DNA from: Pirellulales bacterium
GTDB lineage: Bacteria > Planctomycetota > Planctomycetia > Pirellulales > Lacipirellulaceae
Reading direction: 5' to 3'
Length of the DNA: 64,000 bases
NCBI GenBank assembly: GCA_041752635.1
Contig: JBGSWC010000324.1
Location: 408-64,407 of the forward strand
The notes under the pieces are model-generated. The model was given only the letters and a program-made list of their open reading frames with translations, was not told the origin of the DNA and did no database searches. The translations under genes and the position numbers were made by a program. This document shows positions 10,188 through 18,698 of the stretch, piece after piece (within the stretch, counting starts at the first letter, position 1; every line of letters starts with the position of its first letter).

Positions 10188-12143
10188 CTAATTGTCCGAC
10201 TCGCGGGCAAAATAGGCGTGCCCCGTGTTGGTATTACGTCGTCCCGGTGCTCCACGCCACCACAGCTCGACCGGCTTTTCGTTGGGCTCGTCGACGTCGG
10301 TGACGACCGTACCGATTTGCACGCTCCGCCATTCGCCCCTTTGCAAGTTGTCAAAGGTAGCGGTCGGAATAGCGAATTCAATATCGTATCCACTTTCAGT
10401 TCGCTTTCCGGCAGCTTTCACTCCTTCGAAGGGTTGGCCACCACGGAGCCGTTTGGCGACGAGGCGAACTTCGCCGTTCTCGCCGGGGGCTTCGGCTTTC
10501 ACCGAAATACCGTCCCAATTGAGTGCCGGTTCGCTACGGCGTTGTTCGGGCAAACGGGGATCGATGAGCAGTTCTACAGCGTCTCCCCCATTACCAGCTT
10601 TGTCGTCAAGCACTTTGTCGTCGGTCACGCGGACGGCGACGTAGAGCATTTCGCCTGTGGTGCCCGTCTGGAGTGTGTAGCTCAAGTCGCCGAGTCCGTT
10701 GTAGTTCTCGACCGCACCGGCGGTGACGAAGTCATTGCCGCCGTAAACGCCGGTCGACTGAGGATCGACCATGCCGTCGAGATCGGGCATCGCGGCAAGT
10801 GTCGGAATGGGGAACTTCGCATCGATCACCACCGGCACCGTTCGCTCAGCACGCAAGATTTTCTCGCCCTCGGTCGTGGCAACCTTGGCGGTCAGCACGG
10901 TTTGCGAGAGACTGGGAAAGTCGATCTCTTCGGCAAAGCGAATCTTAACGGTCTGGGTTGCCGTGCCGCTCGGCGCGGCGGTCAACTTGATTGTGTTCGG
11001 CTCGACCGTAAGTCCGCGAATGGGCAGTCCATCGAGTTCGGCGGTTGCCTCGACGGGCGTGTCGAACTGGTTGGTCAAGCGAATGCTGATTTCGCCCTCC
11101 GTGAAACCACTGCCGCGATCAATGAGAATGGGCGCGACTTCGAGTCGAACATCGGTAAGGAACGAGCGAAACCGCTCGGCACTTTTCTCCGTCACAACAT
11201 CGGGAGGCAGAATACCATCGAGGCGAATATTGACGACGTGTGGTCCGTCTTTTTCCATCGTCAGCCAGGTAACGTGGTCGAATTCACCCCAGTCGTTGCC
11301 GCGGAGTTGCGAACCGCCGCCGGTGGTGGCCAGCGCGTAATACTGCGAATCGTTCCGCTCGTACTGCACGTAGTGGTGAATATGGCCGGCAAAAACCGTG
11401 TGCTTTCGCTCGGCCAACAGCGCTTCGACCTTTTTCCAATTCGTGTTGTCGGTTGCCGACGAGGCGAGCGAACGCTCGGCGTAGGTCCACAGCGGCTTGT
11501 GGATAAAAACGAGCGTCCAGCGGGCATCGACGCTCTGCTGCATATCGCTCTTGAGCCAGTCGAGTTGTTCTTCGCCAATGTGGTCAACCGGGTCTTCGCT
11601 ATTGAGGCAAACAAAATGAACATTTTTGTAGTCGAACGAATACCACTCGCGACCAAAGTGCTCGCGCCACACTTTGTGCATCATCGGATTGGTAAGATCG
11701 TGATTACCAGCGACGAAGAAAAACTTCATATCCATCTGGTCGATGAAACCGAGAAACTCTTTCCATTCGTTCTCAACTTGCCGGCGATTGTCGGAGTAGC
11801 CTTCGATCAAATCACCGACCGACATCACAAACTCGGGCCTCAGCATATTGACCTTACGGACACCGTCCATCCAGATACCCGGGCGGTGCCCCCCCGTGCG
11901 ATCGGTCATGATGGCGATCTGAAATCTCTCGTCATCGTTCAGCACCGGTGCGTCGGACCACGGTTTCGGACCTTCGATGGCCGGGAGCATCACCCCCTTC
12001 GCCAATTCTTCTGTGGCGGCGAGTTTCGCGGTCACTTGCTCGAGTGCTTCGTTATGTTCGTGGCCGTCGTGACCCTCGTGAGCGACGCAAACGATAGGGA
12101 CCGCGACAAAAGTCAGTACGCAAACCAAATGGCGTAGACGCAT
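10188..12143 (-). CDS. secreted calcineurin-like metallophosphoesterase with a C-terminal CBM9/DOMON-like domain
   Basis: Signal peptide MRLRHLVCVLTFVAVPIVCVA followed by His-rich HEGHDGHEHNE. Phosphoesterase motifs MTDRTGG, GDLIEG, GNHD, VFAGHIHH. The C-terminus (LYVAVRVTDDKV..DAVELLIDP) resembles family-9 carbohydrate-binding-like modules. ATG 12143; the ORF opens at TTG 12200. Confidence 0.8.
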   Translation of the reverse strand: MRLRHLVCVLTFVAVPIVCVAHEGHDGHEHNEALEQVTAKLAATEELAKGVMLPAIEGPKPWSDAPVLNDDERFQIAIMTDRTGGHRPGIWMDGVRKVNMLRPEFVMSVGDLIEGYSDNRRQVENEWKEFLGFIDQMDMKFFFVAGNHDLTNPMMHKVWREHFGREWYSFDYKNVHFVCLNSEDPVDHIGEEQLDWLKSDMQQSVDARWTLVFIHKPLWTYAERSLASSATDNTNWKKVEALLAERKHTVFAGHIHHYVQYERNDSQYYALATTGGGSQLRGNDWGEFDHVTWLTMEKDGPHVVNIRLDGILPPDVVTEKSAERFRSFLTDVRLEVAPILIDRGSGFTEGEISIRLTNQFDTPVEATAELDGLPIRGLTVEPNTIKLTAAPSGTATQTVKIRFAEEIDFPSLSQTVLTAKVATTEGEKILRAERTVPVVIDAKFPIPTLAAMPDLDGMVDPQSTGVYGGNDFVTAGAVENYNGLGDLSYTLQTGTTGEMLYVAVRVTDDKVLDDKAGNGGDAVELLIDPRLPEQRRSEPALNWDGISVKAEAPGENGEVRLVAKRLRGGQPFEGVKAAGKRTESGYDIEFAIPTATFDNLQRGEWRSVQIGTVVTDVDEPNEKPVELWWRGAPGRRNTNTGHAYFARESDN

Positions 12144-12285
12144 GAAATGGCTCCGAAAGCGAAATTGTTGACAAATGTTACACTCATTGTGCCTTGGCAA
12201 GTTTACACTGCAACCATGCGAATAGGTTAAGATTTAGCAAAGTTTCCACCACAGTAGCAATTCGATCTTCTCAGAGGCAAAGACC

Positions 12286-13233
12286 ATGATTTACGTCCGA
12301 TCGATCGCGATAACGCTGGCGCTCTTCTGCGTCATCAACACAGCCACGGCTCAGCATCGCCTGATCACTCAAGGCAAAGATCGTTTGGCGATTGTCGACG
12401 CCACCGGCGAGATCGAATGGCAGATGCCGTGGGGCGGCATACACGATCTCCATGTTCTGCCGAGTGGCAATATCATGGTCCAGAAAATGCCAACGACCAT
12501 CGTCGAAATTGATCCTACGACCAAGCAAGTCGTTTGGACTTACGACACCAAGACAAGCAATGGCAACGACGGCCAGCGCGTCGAAGTCCATGCATTCCAG
12601 CCCTTGCCAGAAGGGCGTGTGATGATTGCCGAGTCGGGCAGCGGACGTATCATCGAAGTTGACCGCGACGGCAAACTGCTCAAAGAGACGAAACTCAAGC
12701 GAGATACACCCGATGCCCACAGCGATACTCGACTGGTTCGCAAGCTGGCCACCGGCAACTATCTGGTCTGCCACGAGCGAGATGGCGCGGTTCGCGAGTA
12801 CGACAGCGAGTCGGGCGACGTCGTTTGGGAATACAAAATTCCCCTGTTCGACAAACAGCCCAAGCCGGGGCATGGACCCGAAGCGTTCGGCAACAAAGTC
12901 TTTGCGGCCGTGCGGCTCGAAAATGGCAATACGCTCATCGCCACTGGCAATGGTCACAGCGTGATCGAAGTCACTCCCGAGGGCGAGATTGTGTGGAAAC
13001 TCGCACAAAACGACCTGCCCGGCGTCACACTCGCTTGGGTCACGACGCTCGAAGTCCTGCCGAACGGCCACTATGTCATCGGCAATTGTCACGCCGGGCC
13101 GGGGCAACCCTTGCTGATCGAGATCGATCCGTCCACTCGCGAGGTTGTTTGGAAGTTCGACCAATTCGACCGCTTCGGCAACGCAGTGTCAAACTCACAA
13201 CTGCTCGATATCGACGGCGAAGTTCTGCGCTAA
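12286..13233 (+). CDS. secreted beta-propeller repeat protein (PQQ-like / ASST-like repeats)
   Basis: Signal peptide MIYVRSIAITLALFCVINTATA. Repeated G-x-I/V-VW blades (GEIEWQM, KQVVWTY, GDVVWEY, GEIVWKL, REVVWKF). Confidence 0.7.
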   Translation: MIYVRSIAITLALFCVINTATAQHRLITQGKDRLAIVDATGEIEWQMPWGGIHDLHVLPSGNIMVQKMPTTIVEIDPTTKQVVWTYDTKTSNGNDGQRVEVHAFQPLPEGRVMIAESGSGRIIEVDRDGKLLKETKLKRDTPDAHSDTRLVRKLATGNYLVCHERDGAVREYDSESGDVVWEYKIPLFDKQPKPGHGPEAFGNKVFAAVRLENGNTLIATGNGHSVIEVTPEGEIVWKLAQNDLPGVTLAWVTTLEVLPNGHYVIGNCHAGPGQPLLIEIDPSTREVVWKFDQFDRFGNAVSNSQLLDIDGEVLR

Positions 13234-13540
13234 CGCACTCGACGTGGTTGTTGATATTTACCACTGAGCCACAGGGATCTCTGTGCAGGCGAAGGAAAAG
13301 GACCTCGCGACTATTTCGACAGCGAAGAAGCGACACTCGAAGATCGGCAAACAAGTAACGCCGAAACTTCTGGCGAAACCCGCCTATGGAGAATGGAAGC
13401 CGCTTTTGGCAAATGGGCTTCCCTTGGCGTTTTCGATTCTTGAAATCGGCTCGATCGTTTTGATAACAAAATGGCGATTGCAAAAATTTGTTTTCACAGT
13501 GACGGAAACCCCGCTCGAACTCGACGAACGGAGTTTCCGT

Positions 13541-13587
13541 TTGCAAATCGTCGATTGCACGTCGTCAATTGCAAGTCGTCGATTGCG
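13541..13587 (-). repeat. three direct 12-nt repeats TGCAATYGACGA at an exact 14-nt period, abutting the stop codon of the PEP-CTERM gene
   Basis: Plus-strand units TCGTCGATTGCA (13548-13559), TCGTCAATTGCA (13562-13573) and TCGTCGATTGCG (13576-13587). An 8-bp hairpin ACGGAAAC/GTTTCCGT at 13502-13540 lies next to them. Confidence 0.6.
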
Positions 13588-14847
13588 CTAACTTCGCACG
13601 CGTCTCAGCGCGACGACTGTGGCCAATCCCAGCCCCATCAGCAGCAAGGTCGCTGGCTCGGGAACCACCTGGTTACCGACGCTTTCAATCGCATTGATGT
13701 CGATCACTCCGCGACCATTGAAAGGTCCGCCTGGACCGACTCGAAGTGCTAAATCAGCGTACGCTTTGCTCCAAAAATGACCACCATGAAAAAGGTAGGT
13801 TGTACCGAGTGGTCCGGTGGTCGCATCGAGCACGAACAGCTCGGACCCGGTCGCGTAGTAGCCGGTGGGATCGGCCGGGTCGACGATCTGGCGAATACTG
13901 AAGATGATCTGGTCGCCAGGTGAACCGTCGGCGAGTCCGTCGAAACGATCAATGTCGCCGATCGTGTCGCGGACCATCAATGCATCGAGGTTGAACGCTT
14001 GAATTTCGCGCAAGTTCTCACCATCAGGCCTGGGTAAGTAGGCGGTGGGGGTAATCGGGCCCAACACAGACTCGACAGCCGCCTTGATAGTCGGGAGGTC
14101 GATGTAGGTCGAGCCCGAGAGGTTCCAGACGCTCGTCGCGGGACTGACCGGACTCCCCGTCATGATATCGAGGTCGATAGAGTACTTGTCGGTATCGGCC
14201 ACAAAACCTGGCTCGGGGCCCCATACTTCGACACCATCAATGTCGCGAAGCGCAACCATGCCGTTGATGATGGGTGCCGGTGCCCACAGCGTTTGCACTG
14301 GCAGTCCGAATGCCCCGGCCGTTTCAATAGAAAGTTCGGCCGATCCACCAATCACACCGCCTCCGGAGAGAGGGATCGGCCCAGTCGCCGGCATGGCGAA
14401 TGACGAAAATGGCACCGGGCCACCCGGGCCGGGCAAATACTGCGTGAAGAAGTCATCGTGCGAGAAAATCAAGTGACTACGATCTTGGCGGAGGGTCGTG
14501 AAGAGCGCGTCGTTGTGATTGGCGATCGCATCGATTTGCGATTCCGGTGGGTATGTCGGCCGCGGGAACAACTTAATGTCGATGCCGTCGGCCGCGCCCG
14601 CACTGCCATCCCAGGCGACGATCTGCTCGGGGCTCAAAACGCCCATCGCGTCATGATCGAGATCGTGCGTATACTCCTTGCCGAAGACAGAGCTAGGGGC
14701 GATGATCCCTGGGCCAATTCCGGGAACAGCCCCTGGTGGCGTGACAACGGGAACGTAAGGCCCCGCCAAAACAATCGTCGAGAAAGCACTGATCGAGAAA
14801 ATGCTGCCGACCAGCAGCAAACAACTACTCAAGCGTGTGGTCTTCAT
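13588..14847 (-). CDS. PEP-CTERM sorting-domain secreted protein
   Basis: N-terminal signal peptide MKTTRLSSCLLLVGSIFSISAFS. C-terminal VPEPATLLLMGLGLATVVALRRVRS (PEP motif, TM helix and basic tail). Confidence 0.85.
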   Translation of the reverse strand: MKTTRLSSCLLLVGSIFSISAFSTIVLAGPYVPVVTPPGAVPGIGPGIIAPSSVFGKEYTHDLDHDAMGVLSPEQIVAWDGSAGAADGIDIKLFPRPTYPPESQIDAIANHNDALFTTLRQDRSHLIFSHDDFFTQYLPGPGGPVPFSSFAMPATGPIPLSGGGVIGGSAELSIETAGAFGLPVQTLWAPAPIINGMVALRDIDGVEVWGPEPGFVADTDKYSIDLDIMTGSPVSPATSVWNLSGSTYIDLPTIKAAVESVLGPITPTAYLPRPDGENLREIQAFNLDALMVRDTIGDIDRFDGLADGSPGDQIIFSIRQIVDPADPTGYYATGSELFVLDATTGPLGTTYLFHGGHFWSKAYADLALRVGPGGPFNGRGVIDINAIESVGNQVVPEPATLLLMGLGLATVVALRRVRS

Positions 14848-14985
14848 TAGACCCCCCCTTACTCGGCGAGCCGATTGGGAATTGACGCTCGGTCGTAGGC
14901 TCGCGGATGACGATCAAGCGACACCACTGAGCAAATCCGCTTCGATTACACTGAGGCTACACTGAGGCGGATATCCGCAACCGTG

Positions 14986-15013
14986 ATTGTAGAGCCACGA
15001 CGCCGCAAGTCAA
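14986..15013 (-). promoter_or_regulatory. candidate sigma-70-like promoter for the PEP-CTERM gene
   Basis: The minus strand reads TTGACT-16 nt-TACAAT (-35 at 15013-15008, -10 at 14991-14986), about 140 nt upstream of ATG 14847. Consensus match only. Confidence 0.3.
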
Positions 15014-15111
15014 GCAAATAACTGCTTCGGAAATTTTTTTTCAAACGGCGACGGCGGTGAAATTTCGAGCGCCCCGGCTTTCGATTCCGACCGTTTTGCC
15101 ACTCTTCACAC

Positions 15112-17766
15112 CTACTTCGGCAGCGACGCGACCTCCGCGACCGGCTGCTGCTTGTCGGAATCATAAGAGAGCCCACCCGCCTTGCGGAGGACGTTGACGA
15201 CGACATCCTGAGTGTAGTCCTCGGGCGGAAAGTAGATCGGGCGATAGGGATCGTCCTTGGGAATTAGTACTAAAAGAGGTACACCGCTGCTGCGAAATGC
15301 GCGTAGTGCGGCGACAATTTCTGGCGTTTTGAAGGTGAAGTCGCCGTACATGGTGGCGACATTCGTCGAAGCGATGGCCGCTTCAACCGGTTCGGTATGG
15401 AGCACCGTCGCCTCGAGCGTTTTGCAGATGGCACACCAGTCGGCCGAGAAATCGACGAAGACGCTTTGGTCGCCCGCGACGGCAAGCTTGGCAACCGCTT
15501 CGGTGGAGAAAGCTCGCCATTCGCCGCTGCCGATCTCGGAAGTCGCCCCTCGCAAACTAGCGAGCGCCGCAGCGATTTGATCGGGGGTTTCAGCGCTTTC
15601 GAGTTCGCGGATGTGACGGGCAATCGTCGCTCCCGCGAATTCCGATGCCGCGAGCTCGATGCGGCGCTCATCGCGTGGCTTCATCACTTTCGGATGCAGC
15701 CAGCCAAGCGAGAAGGCAGCGGCCAAGACCATGGTCGCGATTGCGCTGGTCCAAGCTGTGGCTGTCGCAAACCCACCGTGTGCGTGTTGACTGCGACCGA
15801 CAATCCAGCAAGCGAACCCGATGCCACACAGCATCGCAATGACCGGCACGACATAGGTCTGTTCGATCGAGGTTAGTAGGAACACTACCGTACCCATTAG
15901 AATGAAACCCATAATCTGCTTAAAAGTATCCATCCATGCGCCCGGTTTGGGCAAGAATTTGAGCAACTCGGGAAAGATGCCAAGCAGGAGATAAGGACTA
16001 GCCATTCCAAGTCCGAGGCTTGTAAACACAAGCATCACATTCAGCGGCGCCTGGCTCAACGCCCATGTCAGCGCGACGCCCATGCCGGGGCCAGTGCAGG
16101 GAGTCGCCAACAAAGTTGTAATAATGCCTTTGAGAAACGAACCAGCCGGCCCCTCGCGCGAGGCGAGTTCACTAACCTGCGATGTACCAGCAAATCCGGG
16201 GATCGGAATTTCCCAGACACCGGCAAGGCTCAGCGCCATCGCAAACACAATCGCGATCATCGTCACATTGAACGTCGCACTCTGAAACTGTTGTCCCCAC
16301 GAAAGACCCGCGACGATTGCAAGGGCCGCAAGTACCCAGAAGACCGACATCATGCCAAGTGCATACCACACGCTTAACCCAAACGCCTGGGCGCGATTAT
16401 GCTCGGCTTGATGAACGAAGCTCATCACCTTGAGTCCGATCACTGGCAGCACGCATGGCATGATGTTGAGCACGAGGCCACCGAAGAATGCCAGCCATAA
16501 GTTGCCAATGAGGCCGCGATCAACCGATTTTGTTTCGTTGAGATAGTCGATGGCACGAACTGGAGTAATTTTTGTCAGGTCATAACCGCTGTTTGTCTTC
16601 ACCGACTCAACGGCACTGGCAGTGGGCGGCATTGGTGCCGCCGCAGCGACGCTTGCCAATGCTGCCGCATCGGCGTAGTTCGCTGCTGCGAACTCGACGG
16701 TGGAAATTTCGTCAGCTCCTCCACCGACCACCAAAGGGGCGGAAAACCGCACACCTTTAATGAACTCACATGGCCCATCAATCCCTTCACACGCTTGATA
16801 GCCGAGCACTCCCGCCACCGGTACGTTGCCGGTCGCGGCATTTGCCAGCTTAAGTGGAATCTTCCACGTAACGGTTCCCTCGTGATAGCGAATCGTGCCA
16901 AAACCAATGTTGCTGGCGTCCCGTTCAATCAATTCTCCGATGGCAATTGGCTCGCCTGCGGTAAACGCAGTACTCGGTTCGATACTGATCAGAGTTGGCT
17001 TGACTCCCTTGGCTGAATCTTTTGCCGCGTAGGCGTTGACATGCCAGTTGCCGGCCGGTTGTGCCTGTAGATAGAGCATCGCCTCGCCACCTGCCGCGCC
17101 GGGTTGAAGCCAGCCATACCAAGTCACCTCCGAGTCGTCGGCCCGGTACATGCCCGCCTCGGCGGGGGGCTTCGGTTGAGCTTCGATCGACTCAGGAGGG
17201 GTGATGGGGGGGGCGGCGAGCGTTTCGTCGACTTTCACCTCCCCGACGTCCACGCCTCTGCCGAGCTTCGCGGTAAAATCGGCTTCCACCGGAATACAGG
17301 CTTCTTTGCAGGCTTGTAGATCGATTGCGCCTTTGATTTCCAGCGAACCGACGTCGACCCCCTCGGAAATTGCAATCGGCAGGTAGAAAGTGACCTTTTT
17401 TTCGTGTTCTTCGATCGTTAGTCCGCCCCAAGTCTCGTTATCGATGCGGGAGTGGGGTTTGGGAAACGACTGCCACGGGCCGATGATTCGATACTTGTCA
17501 CTGGGTGCCAGCTTGATCGTTGTCCGTAGCGGCCCCCCCTTGGGTTGGGTGAGCGAATAGACATGGTAGCCCGCCTCGATGTCGGCTGTGACAGTGAGCA
17601 GCGCCGGTCGCTCGTCGGTCGCTGTGGTGAACTCGGCCGAAAAGAATACCGGGTCGCTAGCATCGTCGAGGCCAAAGCCGCCCAAACCGCCAAAGTCGTC
17701 GAGCTGGGCAAAGCTGCTCGATGCTGCCATCAAGAAAACGACAAGAGTTGTGGCAATCGTGCGCAT
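15112..17766 (-). CDS. dsbD: DsbD-family thiol:disulfide interchange protein / protein-disulfide reductase with an extended N-terminal region
   Basis: Signal peptide, then two DsbD-alpha-like modules. Membrane core with LNIMPCVLPV and LATPCTGPG cysteines. C-terminal thioredoxin domain FVDFSADWCAICK. Confidence 0.8.
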   Translation of the reverse strand: MRTIATTLVVFLMAASSSFAQLDDFGGLGGFGLDDASDPVFFSAEFTTATDERPALLTVTADIEAGYHVYSLTQPKGGPLRTTIKLAPSDKYRIIGPWQSFPKPHSRIDNETWGGLTIEEHEKKVTFYLPIAISEGVDVGSLEIKGAIDLQACKEACIPVEADFTAKLGRGVDVGEVKVDETLAAPPITPPESIEAQPKPPAEAGMYRADDSEVTWYGWLQPGAAGGEAMLYLQAQPAGNWHVNAYAAKDSAKGVKPTLISIEPSTAFTAGEPIAIGELIERDASNIGFGTIRYHEGTVTWKIPLKLANAATGNVPVAGVLGYQACEGIDGPCEFIKGVRFSAPLVVGGGADEISTVEFAAANYADAAALASVAAAAPMPPTASAVESVKTNSGYDLTKITPVRAIDYLNETKSVDRGLIGNLWLAFFGGLVLNIMPCVLPVIGLKVMSFVHQAEHNRAQAFGLSVWYALGMMSVFWVLAALAIVAGLSWGQQFQSATFNVTMIAIVFAMALSLAGVWEIPIPGFAGTSQVSELASREGPAGSFLKGIITTLLATPCTGPGMGVALTWALSQAPLNVMLVFTSLGLGMASPYLLLGIFPELLKFLPKPGAWMDTFKQIMGFILMGTVVFLLTSIEQTYVVPVIAMLCGIGFACWIVGRSQHAHGGFATATAWTSAIATMVLAAAFSLGWLHPKVMKPRDERRIELAASEFAGATIARHIRELESAETPDQIAAALASLRGATSEIGSGEWRAFSTEAVAKLAVAGDQSVFVDFSADWCAICKTLEATVLHTEPVEAAIASTNVATMYGDFTFKTPEIVAALRAFRSSGVPLLVLIPKDDPYRPIYFPPEDYTQDVVVNVLRKAGGLSYDSDKQQPVAEVASLPK

Positions 17767-17875
17767 GTCTGCGACTCAATTCAGAAGGAATCTTGGTGGG
17801 GCTGTGCCTATGTCTCTATTCTAAACAATTCTGGCTCAGTTGGGCGATGGCACCTATTTCTGCGTCAAGCCAAAA

Positions 17876-17940
17876 TTTTCGGGTCGCGATCGACACAAGG
17901 TACATGTCGCTAATATGTTATGTCGATCGCGACCCGAAAA
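17876..17940. repeat. perfect 20-bp inverted repeat with a 25-nt spacer
   Basis: TTTTCGGGTCGCGATCGACA (17876-17895) and TGTCGATCGCGACCCGAAAA (17921-17940) are exact reverse complements (21 bp if A17875/T17941 are included). Located 110 nt upstream of the dsbD-like ATG. Confidence 0.9.
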
Positions 17941-18128
17941 TATTTGTTTGACTGACCACTATGTGGCTATACGGGGCACCTGCACGAGGGGTTCCCACGA
18001 GATTGTGAGGTATTTCACGCTCCGAACAACTACGTCGGCGAATTTCGGCAGAGCCATCATCCACAGCGAACGTGCCAACTCGTAGAGGTTGTGAAGAACT
18101 GACTCGTTTTCGCATCGGGGTTCTGACC

Positions 18129-18294
18129 GTTTTGTCCAAGAAACAGCCAACACGATTGGAGGGGACAAAACCCCGAATTTTGTCTCGCGTCGAATTTGCA
18201 AAAAGCCCTTATTTTCCTGTCGATTTCGCCCATCGCTGGCGAATTTCGTACCTGGGTTTTGTCTGACCAGTTCGTGTCATTTTGGACAAAACCC
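18129..18294. repeat. cluster of GGACAAAACC motifs in both orientations
   Basis: GGACAAAACC at 18163-18172 and GGACAAAACCC at 18284-18294. Reverse-orientation copies at 18254-18263 (GGGTTTTGTC) and 18129-18137 (GTTTTGTCC). A weaker copy at 18177-18184. Confidence 0.8.
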
Positions 18295-18373
18295 ATTTTC
18301 AAGAGTTGAAAGTCGAGAGTCGAGAGTCGAGTGGAAAGGGTTGGTAGCATGGGCGTCCTCGACCGTGCGTCTC

Positions 18374-18463
18374 GGGTGCCATGCATGCATCGCGAAGCAG
18401 GGCAAGCATGATTGTGGCCTCTCTCACATGCCCACCCTGCTGCGCGATGTGGGCATGGCACCC
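18374..18463. repeat. 29-nt imperfect inverted repeat (25/29 matches) with a 32-nt spacer
   Basis: GGGTGCCATGCATGCATCGCGAAGCAGGG (18374-18402) against CCCTGCTGCGCGATGTGGGCATGGCACCC (18435-18463). An inner 9-bp hairpin CATGCCCAC/GTGGGCATG lies at 18427-18457. Confidence 0.75.
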
Positions 18464-18698
18464 CAAATTGAGAGTACAACACGCCACTTTCTGGTTCGTC
18501 TGTTATCGGGTTATGAACACATGTACACATGGCTCCGTTCTACCACACGGCGCGGCCAATTTCTACGGCAAAATTTGACCATCGTGCGTGTTTGCGTGTT
18601 GCCGAGCAAGGCGTCAATTGGCTGTCCCTGGCCACCCACCGGCCGCCCAGATTCACCAGCCGTCGCGCTGATAGGCCTGCGTGGTCGACGATGTCGCG

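Noticed and set aside
10218-12137. 639-aa ORF on the plus strand
   Set aside because: It is exactly antisense to the metallophosphoesterase gene, has Arg/Gly/Val-rich low-information composition and no motifs. This is a typical shadow ORF in high-GC DNA.
12271-13164. 297-aa ORF on the minus strand
   Set aside because: It is antisense to the beta-propeller gene. The plus-strand frame has a signal peptide and clear blade repeats; the minus frame has neither.
17767-18698. Possible tRNA, tmRNA, RNase P, SRP RNA or pseudogene in the 932-bp gene-free spacer
   Set aside because: I found no T-loop (GGTTCGAATCC-like), no tmRNA tag or CCA end, and no RNase P or SRP conserved boxes. The ORFs there (157 and 168 aa) are not protein-like. 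It is kept only as an unexplained non-coding island.
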